Shown: positions 46,496-56,994 of the stretch, in pieces
Numbering within the stretch: the stretch's first letter is position 1
Layout: each line of letters opens with the position of its first letter
NCBI GenBank assembly: GCA_035529595.1
Contig: DATKWK010000017.1
Span: 314,961-378,960 of the forward strand
Direction of reading: 5' to 3'
Source: Candidatus Bathyarchaeia archaeon
Lineage (GTDB): Bacteria > Patescibacteriota > Microgenomatia > PFEM01 > JAFGMK01
Length of the DNA: 64,000 nt
The notes under the pieces: generated by a model
The model's input: only the letters and a program-made list of their open reading frames with translations
The model's database searches: none
Told to the model about the DNA's origin: nothing
Made by a program: the position numbers and the translations under genes

Positions 46496-48679
46496 ATGAT
46501 TCGTAATCAAGTATTACTGACACCGGAACTGGTTTCCGAAATAAAAAAAATTGCCAGAAAACAGGGGCTTTCACAATCAGAGGTTATTAGGAAGCTCCTC
46601 GGTCGGGCCTTGGCTTTCGATGAAGGTGGTAATTTTAAAAAGGCGGCGACTCTAAGTGCTACCGGTATTTATGATTTATCTACTTTTGATTTTAAGAATC
46701 CGCGAATTGATGGTTTTAAGGAAATATTTTCTGTTGGTGGAAAAACTCCGGAGATTAAAATTGTTGGCGATGAAGTTTTTAGACACTACTTCAAATTCAA
46801 AAAATTTCCGTCAGGATTTGAATACCAGGTAGTGAAATTAAGCACTGATCTTAAGAAATTCTCGCTTAATAAAAAATTAGTTGTTCGGCGAGCCTACGTC
46901 GTTCCCGGCCTTGCAAATCCACCCGGGCCGAGGTTTTTAGGTTTAGATACGCATAAAGTGACTAAGGCAATAAAGAAAATTTTTGGTTTTGCTATTGAGC
47001 ACGAATATCATCTGGCGGAGAATTCTCAAATTTGTGCCTTTTTTTATCCCTTTGATGATCCGAGGCCAGTAGCCTCGTTACTAGAGTCGGATTTAATCCT
47101 ACCTTATGGCGGATATGCGGCTCCCTTGAACCGGCTAGCCTCGCGGGTTGAAGTTTTTGCAGTTTGGGGTAACAACGAAGGCGTTCAATCGTTCGACACA
47201 ATTGATAGGTATATTGTTGATGCTGAAAGAGACATTATCTCCGAAAAAGAAATTCCCCAAAAAACATTGATGTTTTGTACTACCAAAAAGTCTCAATCAG
47301 AAAAAATTGCCGTTCCTCAAAATAGGCAATTCGAACAAGTTTTAAGTGATAGCGAGATTCTCGAAGTAGGCAGAGTAGTTAAAGAATTGACCGCTAAATA
47401 CGGTTTGCGGCGAGTGGAATTTTCTTTCGACGGAAAAGAAACGATTACTTTTAATGAGTCCGTTCCTTATGAAATTGCTCCTCAAAAATTAGAAAGCATT
47501 GACCGACGCGGATTTATTAAAATTATCTCCTCAGAAAAAGATATTGAGGTATTAAGGAAACTCAAACTCAAACAGGTTGCCAAAGTTATTGTTTATATTG
47601 ATAAGGCTATTGTTGAAAATCGTGCTTATGATATTTTAAACAGTGTTGCCGGCTTGCCTAATAAATTTACAGTTTTATACCCCGGTCTTTCCGCTACCGC
47701 CCATGCGATGAGGATTCTTAATGATTTTGGCCATACGGCAATCGTCGTTGGCAACCGGATTTTTAAAGAAGGCGAAGAGGTGATTATCAGAGCTAAGGAT
47801 ACACAGATTGAGATTAAGGTGATTTCAAGAAAAAGCCTTAAGAATCTGATGGTTCATCTTTATGACGCAAAATTATACGGTAAAGAGCTGGTGGGCGGTA
47901 AGGCCACTAACCTTTCACTGCTTAAATCCAAGGGATTTAATGTGCCTCATGGTTGGGTTTTGACAACCTCTTTTTTCGATCAAATCGTTTCCCGGTCAAT
48001 TGACAGTCATAGCTTACGGCAATTAGAGCAAGGTCAACTTTATCACAGTAGCTTTGTTAAAAAACTTTCAGAATTCAATTTTGATATTCCTCAGGCGTGG
48101 TGGATTAAGTTCAAAAAGGCCGGTCAATTTTCTCCTAAAAAAAAGTATGCCGTTCGTTCCTCAGCTACGGTTGAAGATCAGCTAGAACACTCTTTTGCCG
48201 GTCAGTTTAAAACTTTTTTGAATGTCGGGGGGAACCGAATAACAACAAATGTTTCAGCGGTCATAAAAAGTACTTTTAGCGATCGAGTCGCCCAATATCT
48301 TTCCGCCCTGAAAAGATCCTGGTCGATAAAGATGGCGGTAATTATCCAGGAGATGGTCGAAGCGGAAAAGTCAGGCGTCATTTTTGGTAAAGACATTCAG
48401 ACCGGCAATGAAGACTTATTAATAATTGACACCGCTCCCGGCTTGGGTGAAGGAGTGGTTGAAGGAACTGCGAAAACGCAAAGAATTATCTATTCACGAA
48501 GTAAAGATGCTATTCTTGACCAAAATCAATCTCCAAAATTTCTCTCACGAATAGAAATTGACTCTCTGGTTGAAATGGCTTTAAGCGTCGAAAGAATGAT
48601 GGGTGAAACTCAAGATATTGAATGGGCGATTGATAAAAAGAACAATATTTGGTTAATCCAAACTAGAAGCCTGCGATAG
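46496..48679 (+). CDS. PEP-utilising-enzyme-like phosphotransferase with permuted domain order
   Basis: C-terminal ~290 aa match the PPDK_N ATP-binding domain (GGKATNLSLL, VRSSATVEDQLEHSFAGQFKTFLNV, MAVIIQEMVEAEKSGVIFG). The preceding segment GLSATAHAMRILNDFGHTAIVVGNR...GEEVIIRA resembles the phospho-His swivel domain. N-terminus is RHH-like. No TIM-barrel PEP/pyruvate domain. Confidence 0.55.
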   Translation: MIRNQVLLTPELVSEIKKIARKQGLSQSEVIRKLLGRALAFDEGGNFKKAATLSATGIYDLSTFDFKNPRIDGFKEIFSVGGKTPEIKIVGDEVFRHYFKFKKFPSGFEYQVVKLSTDLKKFSLNKKLVVRRAYVVPGLANPPGPRFLGLDTHKVTKAIKKIFGFAIEHEYHLAENSQICAFFYPFDDPRPVASLLESDLILPYGGYAAPLNRLASRVEVFAVWGNNEGVQSFDTIDRYIVDAERDIISEKEIPQKTLMFCTTKKSQSEKIAVPQNRQFEQVLSDSEILEVGRVVKELTAKYGLRRVEFSFDGKETITFNESVPYEIAPQKLESIDRRGFIKIISSEKDIEVLRKLKLKQVAKVIVYIDKAIVENRAYDILNSVAGLPNKFTVLYPGLSATAHAMRILNDFGHTAIVVGNRIFKEGEEVIIRAKDTQIEIKVISRKSLKNLMVHLYDAKLYGKELVGGKATNLSLLKSKGFNVPHGWVLTTSFFDQIVSRSIDSHSLRQLEQGQLYHSSFVKKLSEFNFDIPQAWWIKFKKAGQFSPKKKYAVRSSATVEDQLEHSFAGQFKTFLNVGGNRITTNVSAVIKSTFSDRVAQYLSALKRSWSIKMAVIIQEMVEAEKSGVIFGKDIQTGNEDLLIIDTAPGLGEGVVEGTAKTQRIIYSRSKDAILDQNQSPKFLSRIEIDSLVEMALSVERMMGETQDIEWAIDKKNNIWLIQTRSLR

Positions 48680-48770
48680 GTAATTTTGACGTTCCTAACA
48701 GCAAGAACTGCATTTTCCCCATTATTAGGAAAAAAATACTTTATACATTCCACATAACTATTCTACATAG

Positions 48771-48927
48771 CTGAGACTGTTGAATAACTGCCTGTCATTC
48801 TGAGTGGGTCAAAATTTAGACCCTGAAGAATCCAGGTACGAAGTACCGTTGATTACGCTTCGCTAGATCCTTCAGTCGAAGCTTCGACCTCAGGATGACA
48901 ATTGTAAAAACGATATTCAACAGTCTT
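48771..48927. repeat. ~155-bp nested palindromic element (MITE-like or structured RNA)
   Basis: 12-bp perfect terminal inverted repeats gactgttgaata / tattcaacagtc, second-tier tgtcattctgag / ctcaggatgaca, internal hairpins GGGTC-N8-GACCC, GGTAC-gaa-GTACC and GTCGAA-gc-TTCGAC. Flanked by near-identical 8-mers acatagct / atatagct. Confidence 0.45.
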
Positions 48928-48977
48928 ATATAGCTAGCTCTTGACAGAACGTTAATTTATAGATTAATGTAACCTGC

Positions 48978-48992
48978 ACCTATGGTATAGGT
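48978..48992 (+). promoter_or_regulatory. palindrome ACCTAT-GGT-ATAGGT, candidate CsoR operator
   Basis: Lies between the TTGACA-N17 promoter (48931-48966) and the RBS of csoR. Resembles TACC/GGTA-type CsoR boxes. Confidence 0.3.
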
Positions 48993-49011
48993 AATAAGAA
49001 AGGAGAAATTT

Positions 49012-49299
49012 ATGGAAAACAAGAAAACGGAAAGCAAAAAACAAGCTTCACTTCTGAATTTTAAAAAAGCCCGAAGCCATATCGGTAAGATTATCAAGAT
49101 GATTGAAAAAGACGCTTACTGTGTTGATATTATGCAGCAAAATTTGGCGGTTATCGGTTTATTGAGATCCGCTCATCAGAAACTGATGGAAAATCATTTA
49201 AATACCTGCTTTATCAAAGCCCTGGATTCAAGAAATACGCAAAAAAAGGAAAAAATGGTTCAGGAGATATTAAAAGTAGCCAGCTTATTTAACCGGTAA
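49012..49299 (+). CDS. csoR: CsoR/RcnR-family metal-sensing transcriptional repressor
   Basis: ARSHIGKIIKMIEKDAYCVDIMQQ...AHQKLMENHLNTC carries the C-H-C metal ligands in DUF156 spacing. Confidence 0.7.
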   Translation: MENKKTESKKQASLLNFKKARSHIGKIIKMIEKDAYCVDIMQQNLAVIGLLRSAHQKLMENHLNTCFIKALDSRNTQKKEKMVQEILKVASLFNR

Positions 49300-49305
49300 A
49301 TAATA

Positions 49306-50691
49306 GTGAAACCTAAAAAACCATTATCTTTAAAAGAGCAAACCTTTTTGGTTAAGAATCTGCATTGTTCTTCTTGTGAGTTGTTAATAGAAAAAAGACT
49401 CCTAAACCAAGAAAATGTGATTCGCGTTAAAGCTTCAGTAAAAGACGGCTTAGTAAAGATTAACTACCAAGGTAACGGACTTAAAATTCAAGATTTAAAT
49501 CGGCTTTTCAAAAACGAGAATTATCTTTTCTCGTATCCATCAATTGGCAGCCAAGTTAGTAAGCCTCCGAGACTGAAAGATGCTTTATCGGCGATAATGA
49601 CCGCTCTTTTGATTATCATCGGTTTTGTGCTGATTAATCAATCAGGTTTGTTGGCTTCAGTGGAAATTAAAAAGACCTCATCTTTACCGGTTTTTTTTCT
49701 TTTTGGGCTTCTGGCCGGAGTTTCAAGTTGCGCTGCTTTGGTTGGTGGTCTTGTCTTATCCATGAGCAGGCAATGGTCTTGGGCTTATTCAGGAAAGGAG
49801 TCAGTTTTAACTCGACTCGAACCTCACCTGCTTTTTAACTCCGGGCGATTAGTTTCATATGGATTATTGGGGGCACTTCTGGGCAGTATCGGGAGCATCT
49901 TTAAGCCTTCACCTTTTTTTTCCTCGATTTTAGTCATTGGAACCAGTCTGTTAATGATTATATTAGCTCTCCAGATGTTGGGGATAAGAACCTTTCGACG
50001 AATTCAGATCGCTTTACCCCGGTCCGTCACCGGCTTTATCACTAACGAGGGGAATTTTAAAGCCCGTTATCTACCCTTTGTAATGGGTGCTTTAACTTTT
50101 TTTCTACCCTGTGGTTTTACCCTGACCGCACAGGGCTTAGCAACTATAAGCGGCAGCCCGATGCAAGGGGGATTGATTATGTTTCTGTTTGCCTTGGGTA
50201 CCTTGCCTTCACTTCTGCTAATAAGCCTTTCCGGTATTGCTTTTGTACAAAAACCTTCCCGGTCTGGTCTCTATCTTAAGATAGCCGGAGTGGTGGTCCT
50301 TTTTTTTGCTTTCTTTAATCTGAATTCTCAGTTGAATACGTTAGGCTTACCTTCCCTGAGTGATTTTAGGACAAAAAAGAGTAATGCTTCGCAATCAATA
50401 GAGCAGAACATACAGGTCATTGAAATGGCAGCGTCTGCTTATGGTTATGATCCCAGTTATTTTAAAGTTAAAGTTGGTATTCCCGTGAGATGGGAGATTA
50501 CTGACAAAGGAACCAGTGGTTGTACCAGTGCGGTGATCGCCAAAAACCTGTTTGACGGGCAGATAAATCTGATTCATGGCCAGACTAGCGTTAAAGAGTT
50601 TATCCCCGAAAAACCGGGACGTTATAAGTTCAATTGCTGGATGGGAATGGTATCCGGAATAATTGAAATTGAAGGGTGGGAGCTGGAATGA
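49306..50691 (+). CDS. HMA-domain / polytopic permease / cupredoxin-like fusion protein (copper homeostasis, putative)
   Basis: N-terminal HMA CxxC (LHCSSCE), about 8 TM helices with SSCA motif (TauE/CcdA-like), and a C-terminal beta domain ending in GRYKFNCWMGMVSGIIEI. Confidence 0.45.
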   Translation: MKPKKPLSLKEQTFLVKNLHCSSCELLIEKRLLNQENVIRVKASVKDGLVKINYQGNGLKIQDLNRLFKNENYLFSYPSIGSQVSKPPRLKDALSAIMTALLIIIGFVLINQSGLLASVEIKKTSSLPVFFLFGLLAGVSSCAALVGGLVLSMSRQWSWAYSGKESVLTRLEPHLLFNSGRLVSYGLLGALLGSIGSIFKPSPFFSSILVIGTSLLMIILALQMLGIRTFRRIQIALPRSVTGFITNEGNFKARYLPFVMGALTFFLPCGFTLTAQGLATISGSPMQGGLIMFLFALGTLPSLLLISLSGIAFVQKPSRSGLYLKIAGVVVLFFAFFNLNSQLNTLGLPSLSDFRTKKSNASQSIEQNIQVIEMAASAYGYDPSYFKVKVGIPVRWEITDKGTSGCTSAVIAKNLFDGQINLIHGQTSVKEFIPEKPGRYKFNCWMGMVSGIIEIEGWELE

Positions 50692-51770
50692 AAAACAGAA
50701 AAAGGAAGATCGTTGTTGGCATGTCCGGAGGAGTCGATTCTTCGATGGCTCTAGTTTTGTTAAAACAGCAGGGTTGGCAGCCGGTAGGCGTTTCTCTAAA
50801 GTTGCCGGTCTGGCAGGAAGCGCCGGGTTTATCGGTTGAAAATATTTACAGCTCCAACCGGTCTTTGCAGATTGCTGCCAGGATTTGTCGAAACGTAAAC
50901 GTTCCCCATCACATAATCGATGTCCGGTCTGAGTTTAAAAAGACGGTCATTGGTTATTTTATTTCTGAACTTAAAAATAACAAAACTCCTAATCCCTGTG
51001 TCATTTGTAATCGCCATTTGAAGTTTAAGAAACTGCTTGAATTTGCTGAAAAAGAGAAAGCAGACTTTATTGCTACTGGCCATTACGCTCGGATAAGAAA
51101 AAACCAGCAAACCGGTAAATATGAACTGCTGAAGGCAAAAGATAAAACTAAGGACCAAACATATGCTCTCTGCTTTTTACCTCAGGAATGGTTGGGTAAA
51201 ATTGTTTTCCCCCTCGGAAATTATGCTAAAAAAGAGGTTTATCAGATAGCTAAATCCTCGGGGTTTGAATTTTTCCTGAAACGAAAACAAAGTCAGGATT
51301 TTTGTTTCGCGACCGGGTTGTCTTTGTTGTCTTTCTTGAAAAAAGAAATCGGAGAAAAAAGCGGTGACATAATAGATAATGAAGGAAATGTTTTAGGTCA
51401 ACATTCGGGTTTGCATTTTTATACCATCGGACAAAGGAGACGATTAGGTCTTTCGGGTGGTCCTTACTTTGTCAAAGGTATTGATTCGGAAAAGAATATC
51501 TTGATTGTGACTAAAAACGAAAAAGAGGTAACGCAACGAGAACTTAAACTTTACCCATTTCATTTTATCAGCGGACGTTCGCTTCCAAAAAAGCAACCTG
51601 TAATGGCAAAAGTTCGCTACCGCCAAGTATTGAGTAAGGCGCTTCTCTATCCGCCTGAAAAGAACAAACTGCGTTTGGTCTTTGGCCGACCACAAAGAGC
51701 AGTTACTTCTGGTCAGTTTGCCGTCTTTTATCAGAGTGAAGTTTGCCTGGGAGGAGGAGTGATTTTATGA
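50688..51770 (+). CDS. mnmA: tRNA-specific 2-thiouridylase
   Basis: PP-loop [12 protein letters not shown] and the [10 protein letters not shown] Cys region. ATG overlaps the upstream TGA, and its own stop overlaps the copA ATG. Confidence 0.85.
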   Translation: MKNRKRKIVVGMSGGVDSSMALVLLKQQGWQPVGVSLKLPVWQEAPGLSVENIYSSNRSLQIAARICRNVNVPHHIIDVRSEFKKTVIGYFISELKNNKTPNPCVICNRHLKFKKLLEFAEKEKADFIATGHYARIRKNQQTGKYELLKAKDKTKDQTYALCFLPQEWLGKIVFPLGNYAKKEVYQIAKSSGFEFFLKRKQSQDFCFATGLSLLSFLKKEIGEKSGDIIDNEGNVLGQHSGLHFYTIGQRRRLGLSGGPYFVKGIDSEKNILIVTKNEKEVTQRELKLYPFHFISGRSLPKKQPVMAKVRYRQVLSKALLYPPEKNKLRLVFGRPQRAVTSGQFAVFYQSEVCLGGGVIL

Positions 51771-54058
51771 AGAAGAAAATAGATTTGGACATTTCCGGTA
51801 TGCATTGCAGCGGTTGTGTCGTTAGTATTGAGACTCTTCTGAAGAAACAAGAGGGTATCTATTCAGCCAGCGTCAATTTTGCTTCCGAAAGGGCAATAAT
51901 CGAGTTTGATCCGCGAAGAATCACTCTAAAAAGGATCAAAGAAATGGTTAAGAAGATAGGTTACGAAGCCGAAGAATCGGGAGAAGATCATCAAGAAGCG
52001 GAAAGTAAAAAAATCAAGAAATTAAGAGATACTTTTCTTGGTTCATTACTCCTTGGTTTACCTCTTTTTTACCTAAGCATGGGAGATATGCTTAGCCTGC
52101 CAAGGCTACCGATCTCTACCAGCACGAATACCCTGATTCAATTTTTGTTGACAGCAGGAATTATGATTCAAAACGTACGCCTTTATATATCCGGACTTAA
52201 GAAACTAAGGCAAAAGAATCCTGACATGGATTCTTTGGTGTCGATGGGAACATTAGCTGCCTTTGTTTACAGTTTAATTGCTTCAATCAGCGTCTTTTTC
52301 GGACCGGCAAAGATAAAGGAAACTCATCTTTATTTTGAAAGCGCTGGTTTTATCTTAATCTTTATTTCTTTGGGAAAATATTTGGAGGCTATTACCAAGG
52401 AGAAAACAAGTGAAGCGGTCAAAAAACTTATCGGACTAAGACCTAAAGAAGCAACAGTAATCAGGGGAGGTGAACAAATGAAAATTCCGATATCAGCAGT
52501 ATTAACCGGCGATTTGCTTCTGGTAAAACCCGGCGAGAAGATACCGGTTGACGGTGTTGTTGTCAGCGGTTATTCGGCAGTAGATGAGAAAGCCTTTACC
52601 GGTGAGAGTCTTCCGGTTGAGAAGAAAACCGGTGATGAAGTTATCGGCGCCACAATAAATATGACTGGCATCTTAAAAATCAAAGCCCGGCATATAGGTA
52701 AAAAAATGATGCTTTCTCAAATCATTAAGATAGTCGAAGAAGCGATCGGCTCTAAAGCGCCGATCCAGCTTTTGGCAGATAAAATTTCGTACTACTTCGT
52801 TCCGGTGGTAATGGTAATCGCTTTTTTGGCCTTTTTTTTCTGGTTAATCGTCGGTCAATCATTGGAGTTTGCTTTAACGGTGTTTATTGCGGTTTTGATT
52901 ATTGCCTGTCCTTGTTCTTTAGGATTGGCGATGCCAACAGCAATTATGATGGGCGCGGGATTAGCTGCCCAACGGGGGATTTTAATCAGGAAACCCCAGG
53001 CCTTGGAAATGGCGGAAAAGGTTAATTTGGTGGTGTTTGACAAAACCGGTACCCTAACTTTGGGCAAACCAACCGTCACTGATGTTCTGTCCGTGGCCAA
53101 ACTGAAACTTAAAAGTTCATCAATAAATTCGAAACTGTCTGAAGATCAACTTGATGTTTTGCAGGCCACTGCCTCACTGGAAAAAAACTCGCAGCACCCA
53201 TTGACTCACGCAATTTTAAAAAAAGCCAACCAAGAAAATTTGAAGTTATTTAAGGTTGAAAGTTTCACCACAATTCCCGGCCAAGGAATAACAGGAAACC
53301 TGGAGTCAAAAACTCCAGGTGTTAAACTCAAACTGCTTTTGGGAAATAGAAAATTAATGGCAGAAAATCAGGTCCTGATCAAACCAGCCGGAAATAGAGC
53401 AATCGGTCAATTAGAAAATCAAGGAAAGACAGTCATGATTTTAGCAGTAAATCGACGTCTGGCCGGATTAATCGCCGTGGCTGATATTGTGAAGGATCAG
53501 GCTCAGGAGACCCTGGATCTACTTAGAAGATTAGGTAAGAAAATAGTAATTATTACCGGTGATAACCGCCGTGTTGCTGATGTAATCGCACATAAGTTAG
53601 GAGTTGATCAAGTCTTATCAGAGGTTTTACCTCAAGAAAAGTCAAAAGAGATTAAGAAATTACAGCAACAAGGCCATACCGTAGCTATGGTCGGTGACGG
53701 TATCAATGATGCTCCGGCTTTAGCTCAGGCTGATTTGGGAATAGCCTTGGGGTCCGGTACCGACGTGGCTATCGAAACAGGTGATATTATCCTGGTGAAA
53801 GACGATTTACTTGATGTAGTTAAAGCTATTGATTTGAGCCGGTACACCTTAAAGAAAATTAAGCAGAATCTTTTTTGGGCTTTTTCCTACAATATTATTG
53901 GTATTCCGATCGCTGCCGGTATTTTGTATCCGACTACCGGTTGGCTCTTGGAGCCGATGATTGCGGCGGCAGCAATGGCTTTTTCTTCAGTCAGCGTTGT
54001 AGTCAATTCGTTACTGATGAAAAGGTATCGATTATCTAAGCCTGGTACACTTCCTTAA
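51767..54058 (+). CDS. copA: copper-translocating P1B-type ATPase
   Basis: HMA GMHCSGC, CPC motif, [20 protein letters not shown] ggaggagg before ATG 51767. Confidence 0.9.
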   Translation: MKKKIDLDISGMHCSGCVVSIETLLKKQEGIYSASVNFASERAIIEFDPRRITLKRIKEMVKKIGYEAEESGEDHQEAESKKIKKLRDTFLGSLLLGLPLFYLSMGDMLSLPRLPISTSTNTLIQFLLTAGIMIQNVRLYISGLKKLRQKNPDMDSLVSMGTLAAFVYSLIASISVFFGPAKIKETHLYFESAGFILIFISLGKYLEAITKEKTSEAVKKLIGLRPKEATVIRGGEQMKIPISAVLTGDLLLVKPGEKIPVDGVVVSGYSAVDEKAFTGESLPVEKKTGDEVIGATINMTGILKIKARHIGKKMMLSQIIKIVEEAIGSKAPIQLLADKISYYFVPVVMVIAFLAFFFWLIVGQSLEFALTVFIAVLIIACPCSLGLAMPTAIMMGAGLAAQRGILIRKPQALEMAEKVNLVVFDKTGTLTLGKPTVTDVLSVAKLKLKSSSINSKLSEDQLDVLQATASLEKNSQHPLTHAILKKANQENLKLFKVESFTTIPGQGITGNLESKTPGVKLKLLLGNRKLMAENQVLIKPAGNRAIGQLENQGKTVMILAVNRRLAGLIAVADIVKDQAQETLDLLRRLGKKIVIITGDNRRVADVIAHKLGVDQVLSEVLPQEKSKEIKKLQQQGHTVAMVGDGINDAPALAQADLGIALGSGTDVAIETGDIILVKDDLLDVVKAIDLSRYTLKKIKQNLFWAFSYNIIGIPIAAGILYPTTGWLLEPMIAAAAMAFSSVSVVVNSLLMKRYRLSKPGTLP

Positions 54059-54156
54059 AATATTTAGGTTATTCGTTCTTTATGTTTTGAGCCAAGTGAA
54101 TTTTTTTGAATCAGACCACCGGAATCGTTTTGTTTCGTGTCGATTTCTGGTTATGA

Positions 54157-54684
54157 TCAATTGCCAATATTATATCTAATATTCCATGAACATCCGGCAT
54201 CCATTGTACAGGTGTGAAGGTTAATCGTCTTGCCAACTTTGATCTCTATTTCGTGGTAACCGCACTGATTTAGGTCAATTCCAGATTTTTCATTTTCTCC
54301 CTTCAATCCAAGATTACCGGTTGACAGAATGATCGAATCCTTTTTTGGTTCAATCACTGTTAATTCGTGGCCTTCCCAACCCTCAAGCTTGATTTTTTGG
54401 TTATTTTTGAGAATTGTTATTTTACTTTCAATTTCCTGCGGTTGTTCTTCAGTCCATCCGGTCCAGGGAGAGGCAATAATTTTTAAATAGCCAAATGAGG
54501 GTGTAATTTTTGTTCCGATATCAACGCATCCCTCGGCAACTGTTTCGTTAAATACCAACGTTTGCCCCAGTCGGCACTTTCCAAAACCGGCTGTTCGGTA
54601 AAGCAAAACGAATGCCACGGTCATGGCAAGTAATACTATTAAGATGAAAACCTTTTCGGGTCTTATTTTACTCATTTTCATCAT
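54157..54684 (-). CDS. secreted hypothetical protein
   Basis: 175 aa with a signal-anchor and beta-rich body. Confidence 0.35.
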   Translation of the reverse strand: MMKMSKIRPEKVFILIVLLAMTVAFVLLYRTAGFGKCRLGQTLVFNETVAEGCVDIGTKITPSFGYLKIIASPWTGWTEEQPQEIESKITILKNNQKIKLEGWEGHELTVIEPKKDSIILSTGNLGLKGENEKSGIDLNQCGYHEIEIKVGKTINLHTCTMDAGCSWNIRYNIGN

Positions 54685-54962
54685 AATATTCTGAGGCAGC
54701 TAATTTGTCAATTAAAACCGTAGTTGTATTGGAATAAAAATCTGATGCTTTTTATTATCTGCATTTTTTTGAATTTTATTCAGAATGGCAAGGAAAAACT
54801 ACCAAATTGCTATAGTACATACTATTACCATGCAATGAAAGATTACGGGTTGAAATAAATGTTAGCGATCTTTCCTGGCCCTGTGTTCAAATTAGTCCTT
54901 CTGATGAGGTCTTGAAAACTACAGAAAAAATTAATATAGTTGCACCGATATTAGTTTGAATA

Positions 54963-55205
54963 ATGAAAAAAATAAAACTGGGTAAATACCGGCATTACAA
55001 GGGTAATTTTTATGAAGTGATTGGTATTGCCCGCCATAGTGAAACATTAGAGCAAATGGTTGTTTATCGCGACCTTTATAAGACTGATGAGTTTGGCGAC
55101 AATGCCTTGTGGGTGAGGCCATTAAAGATGTTTATGGGAAAGGCAGAAGTTAACGGTAAAAAGGTATCAAGATTCAAATATATCGGCAGCTCTTCCTGCT
55201 CCTAG
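54963..55205 (+). CDS. DUF1653 family protein
   Basis: GKYRHYKGNFYEVIGIARHSETLEQMVVYRDLY matches the DUF1653 signature. Confidence 0.6.
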   Translation: MKKIKLGKYRHYKGNFYEVIGIARHSETLEQMVVYRDLYKTDEFGDNALWVRPLKMFMGKAEVNGKKVSRFKYIGSSSCS

Positions 55206-55253
55206 GGGATTTAATCTAATTTTTTGGGTAACTTCATAGTAGAATTTTCTTGT

Positions 55254-56267
55254 TCAGCGAACGAATTGGTCTGGATCAGTTACGTAAAGCCACCAATTAT
55301 TTAAAACATTATTTTTTTTGCCCTGCCTGTTTGGAATGTGTCCCAACCACCAAGTCAGATATCCGTATGCCGTACAATCCCAAGCTCTACAATTAAAACT
55401 CGTCTTTTTTTGTAAGAGATTGGGGTAGTTATGGAAGTCGTCGCAGAAAGATTCAATCGGGTTAGTATTTGACCTATCGTAATTGACCGTGGCATTAGGA
55501 GGGACGTGAACTGTTCCGCAATGGTCGCCATCGGTGAATTTCCGCCAATCTTGACGTACTTCTGGTATTTGAATCATGGTATATTCAAAACGGTGTCCTA
55601 AGTCTTCGAGCATCTCAGTTAAACTTCTTTCATAGCTAAAGCCCATTATTGTATAAGTTTTACCGCCGCAATCGGGAAGGTTTTCTTGATTACTGTTGAT
55701 TCTTGGTCCTTTAACTGACCATTCCCAAAAGCCAAACCAAGGTCCTCCGAAAGTCCAGACTTCGCTTATCTTCCCTAATCTAATGTCCTCACACAGAGAG
55801 AGATCATCAAAAAATGCTTTATAATCGATTATTTCTCGACAGTCAGCATCAGTTTCATAAAGACATTTAGCGTAGGACTGGGCATCGGGAATAAAGCCGT
55901 TTTTTTTGATAGGGAATTTATTAAAGTTGATTCTCTTTACGATTTGATAGTTTATAGTGTTATCACTGACCGATCTGACTGTTTTAAGGTACTGATTTGC
56001 CAGCTCTTCCGGATTGTGCCAGTTGTATTTTGAAATTGTACCGATGCCGTTTGTATCTTTTGGGTTAATTATTACCAGAACAACATTTTTAAAAATAGTA
56101 TTAGGGAAAGCTTGTTTGTTATTGGTTTCTTCGGGTGAAGGAATAGTCGTTGGAATGGATTCTGGATTCTGGTTGACAATCAACCTGTTCAAATAAGGGA
56201 AGATTAATACTAAGCTGACCAGCAGGCTTGATAGTATAAGAATTAATAAACAACGTTTAGAGTGCAT
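55254..56267 (-). CDS. secreted hypothetical protein (Cys-rich C-terminal region)
   Basis: 337 aa with a signal peptide and multiple Cys in the C-terminal third. Confidence 0.4.
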   Translation of the reverse strand: MHSKRCLLILILSSLLVSLVLIFPYLNRLIVNQNPESIPTTIPSPEETNNKQAFPNTIFKNVVLVIINPKDTNGIGTISKYNWHNPEELANQYLKTVRSVSDNTINYQIVKRINFNKFPIKKNGFIPDAQSYAKCLYETDADCREIIDYKAFFDDLSLCEDIRLGKISEVWTFGGPWFGFWEWSVKGPRINSNQENLPDCGGKTYTIMGFSYERSLTEMLEDLGHRFEYTMIQIPEVRQDWRKFTDGDHCGTVHVPPNATVNYDRSNTNPIESFCDDFHNYPNLLQKKTSFNCRAWDCTAYGYLTWWLGHIPNRQGKKNNVLNNWWLYVTDPDQFVR

Positions 56268-56527
56268 AGCTTATTATATGATCGGAAGTGCCGGAAATAA
56301 AGCAAGGTATTTTATGTGGGATAGCTTGCGAGTAATGGTTTACAGGCGAACATTTTTTTTGATTGGAACTTATCTTGTAGAGAAAGTTTTGTTAGAATAT
56401 AAATAAGTTTGGTAAAATAGCTATTAAAGATAATTATCGAGATATTGAGATTACCCTTAAACTCCCTAAGGAGAAAGAAAATCCCAAGGAAGCGGAAAAA
56501 TCCGCCGTTATCAAGACGGACAAGATA

Positions 56528-56899
56528 ATGAAGAAGAGAATAATAAAATCTAAAGTCAACTTAAAAGAGTATCAACAGCTTTGTAGGCTAACAGCTAAAA
56601 AGTTTGCCGATAAAGACAAGGAAATTTCCGATTGGGGGTTAGGGGTGGCCGGCGAAGCCGGCGATTTAGCAGGTTGTATCAAAAAAACTATTTATCACGA
56701 GAATGATCAAAGACAAGGAATCAGAGAGAATATCGGTGATACGATGTGGTATCTAACGATGATCTGTAATTTTTTTGGTTGGCAACTTGAAGAGATATTG
56801 GCAGAAAACATCAAAAAACTAAGGCAGCGTTATCCGAAGGGTTTTACTCATAAAGATGCCCGTCGGCATGGAACCAGAATCGATTGGAACGAAAAATAA
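56528..56899 (+). CDS. MazG-like nucleotide pyrophosphohydrolase
   Basis: EAGDLAGCIKK...IGDTMWYLTMICNFFGWQLEEIL...KLRQRY is the all-alpha NTP-PPase pattern. Confidence 0.6.
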   Translation: MKKRIIKSKVNLKEYQQLCRLTAKKFADKDKEISDWGLGVAGEAGDLAGCIKKTIYHENDQRQGIRENIGDTMWYLTMICNFFGWQLEEILAENIKKLRQRYPKGFTHKDARRHGTRIDWNEK

Positions 56900-56994
56900 T
56901 TGATTTTGGTGTTAGATTCAGACAGGGTAGATCTTGGGGTTTGACTTCTTCTTTGGCATCGACTAACTGCGCTACTTGTGTTAAATCTGAAGAG

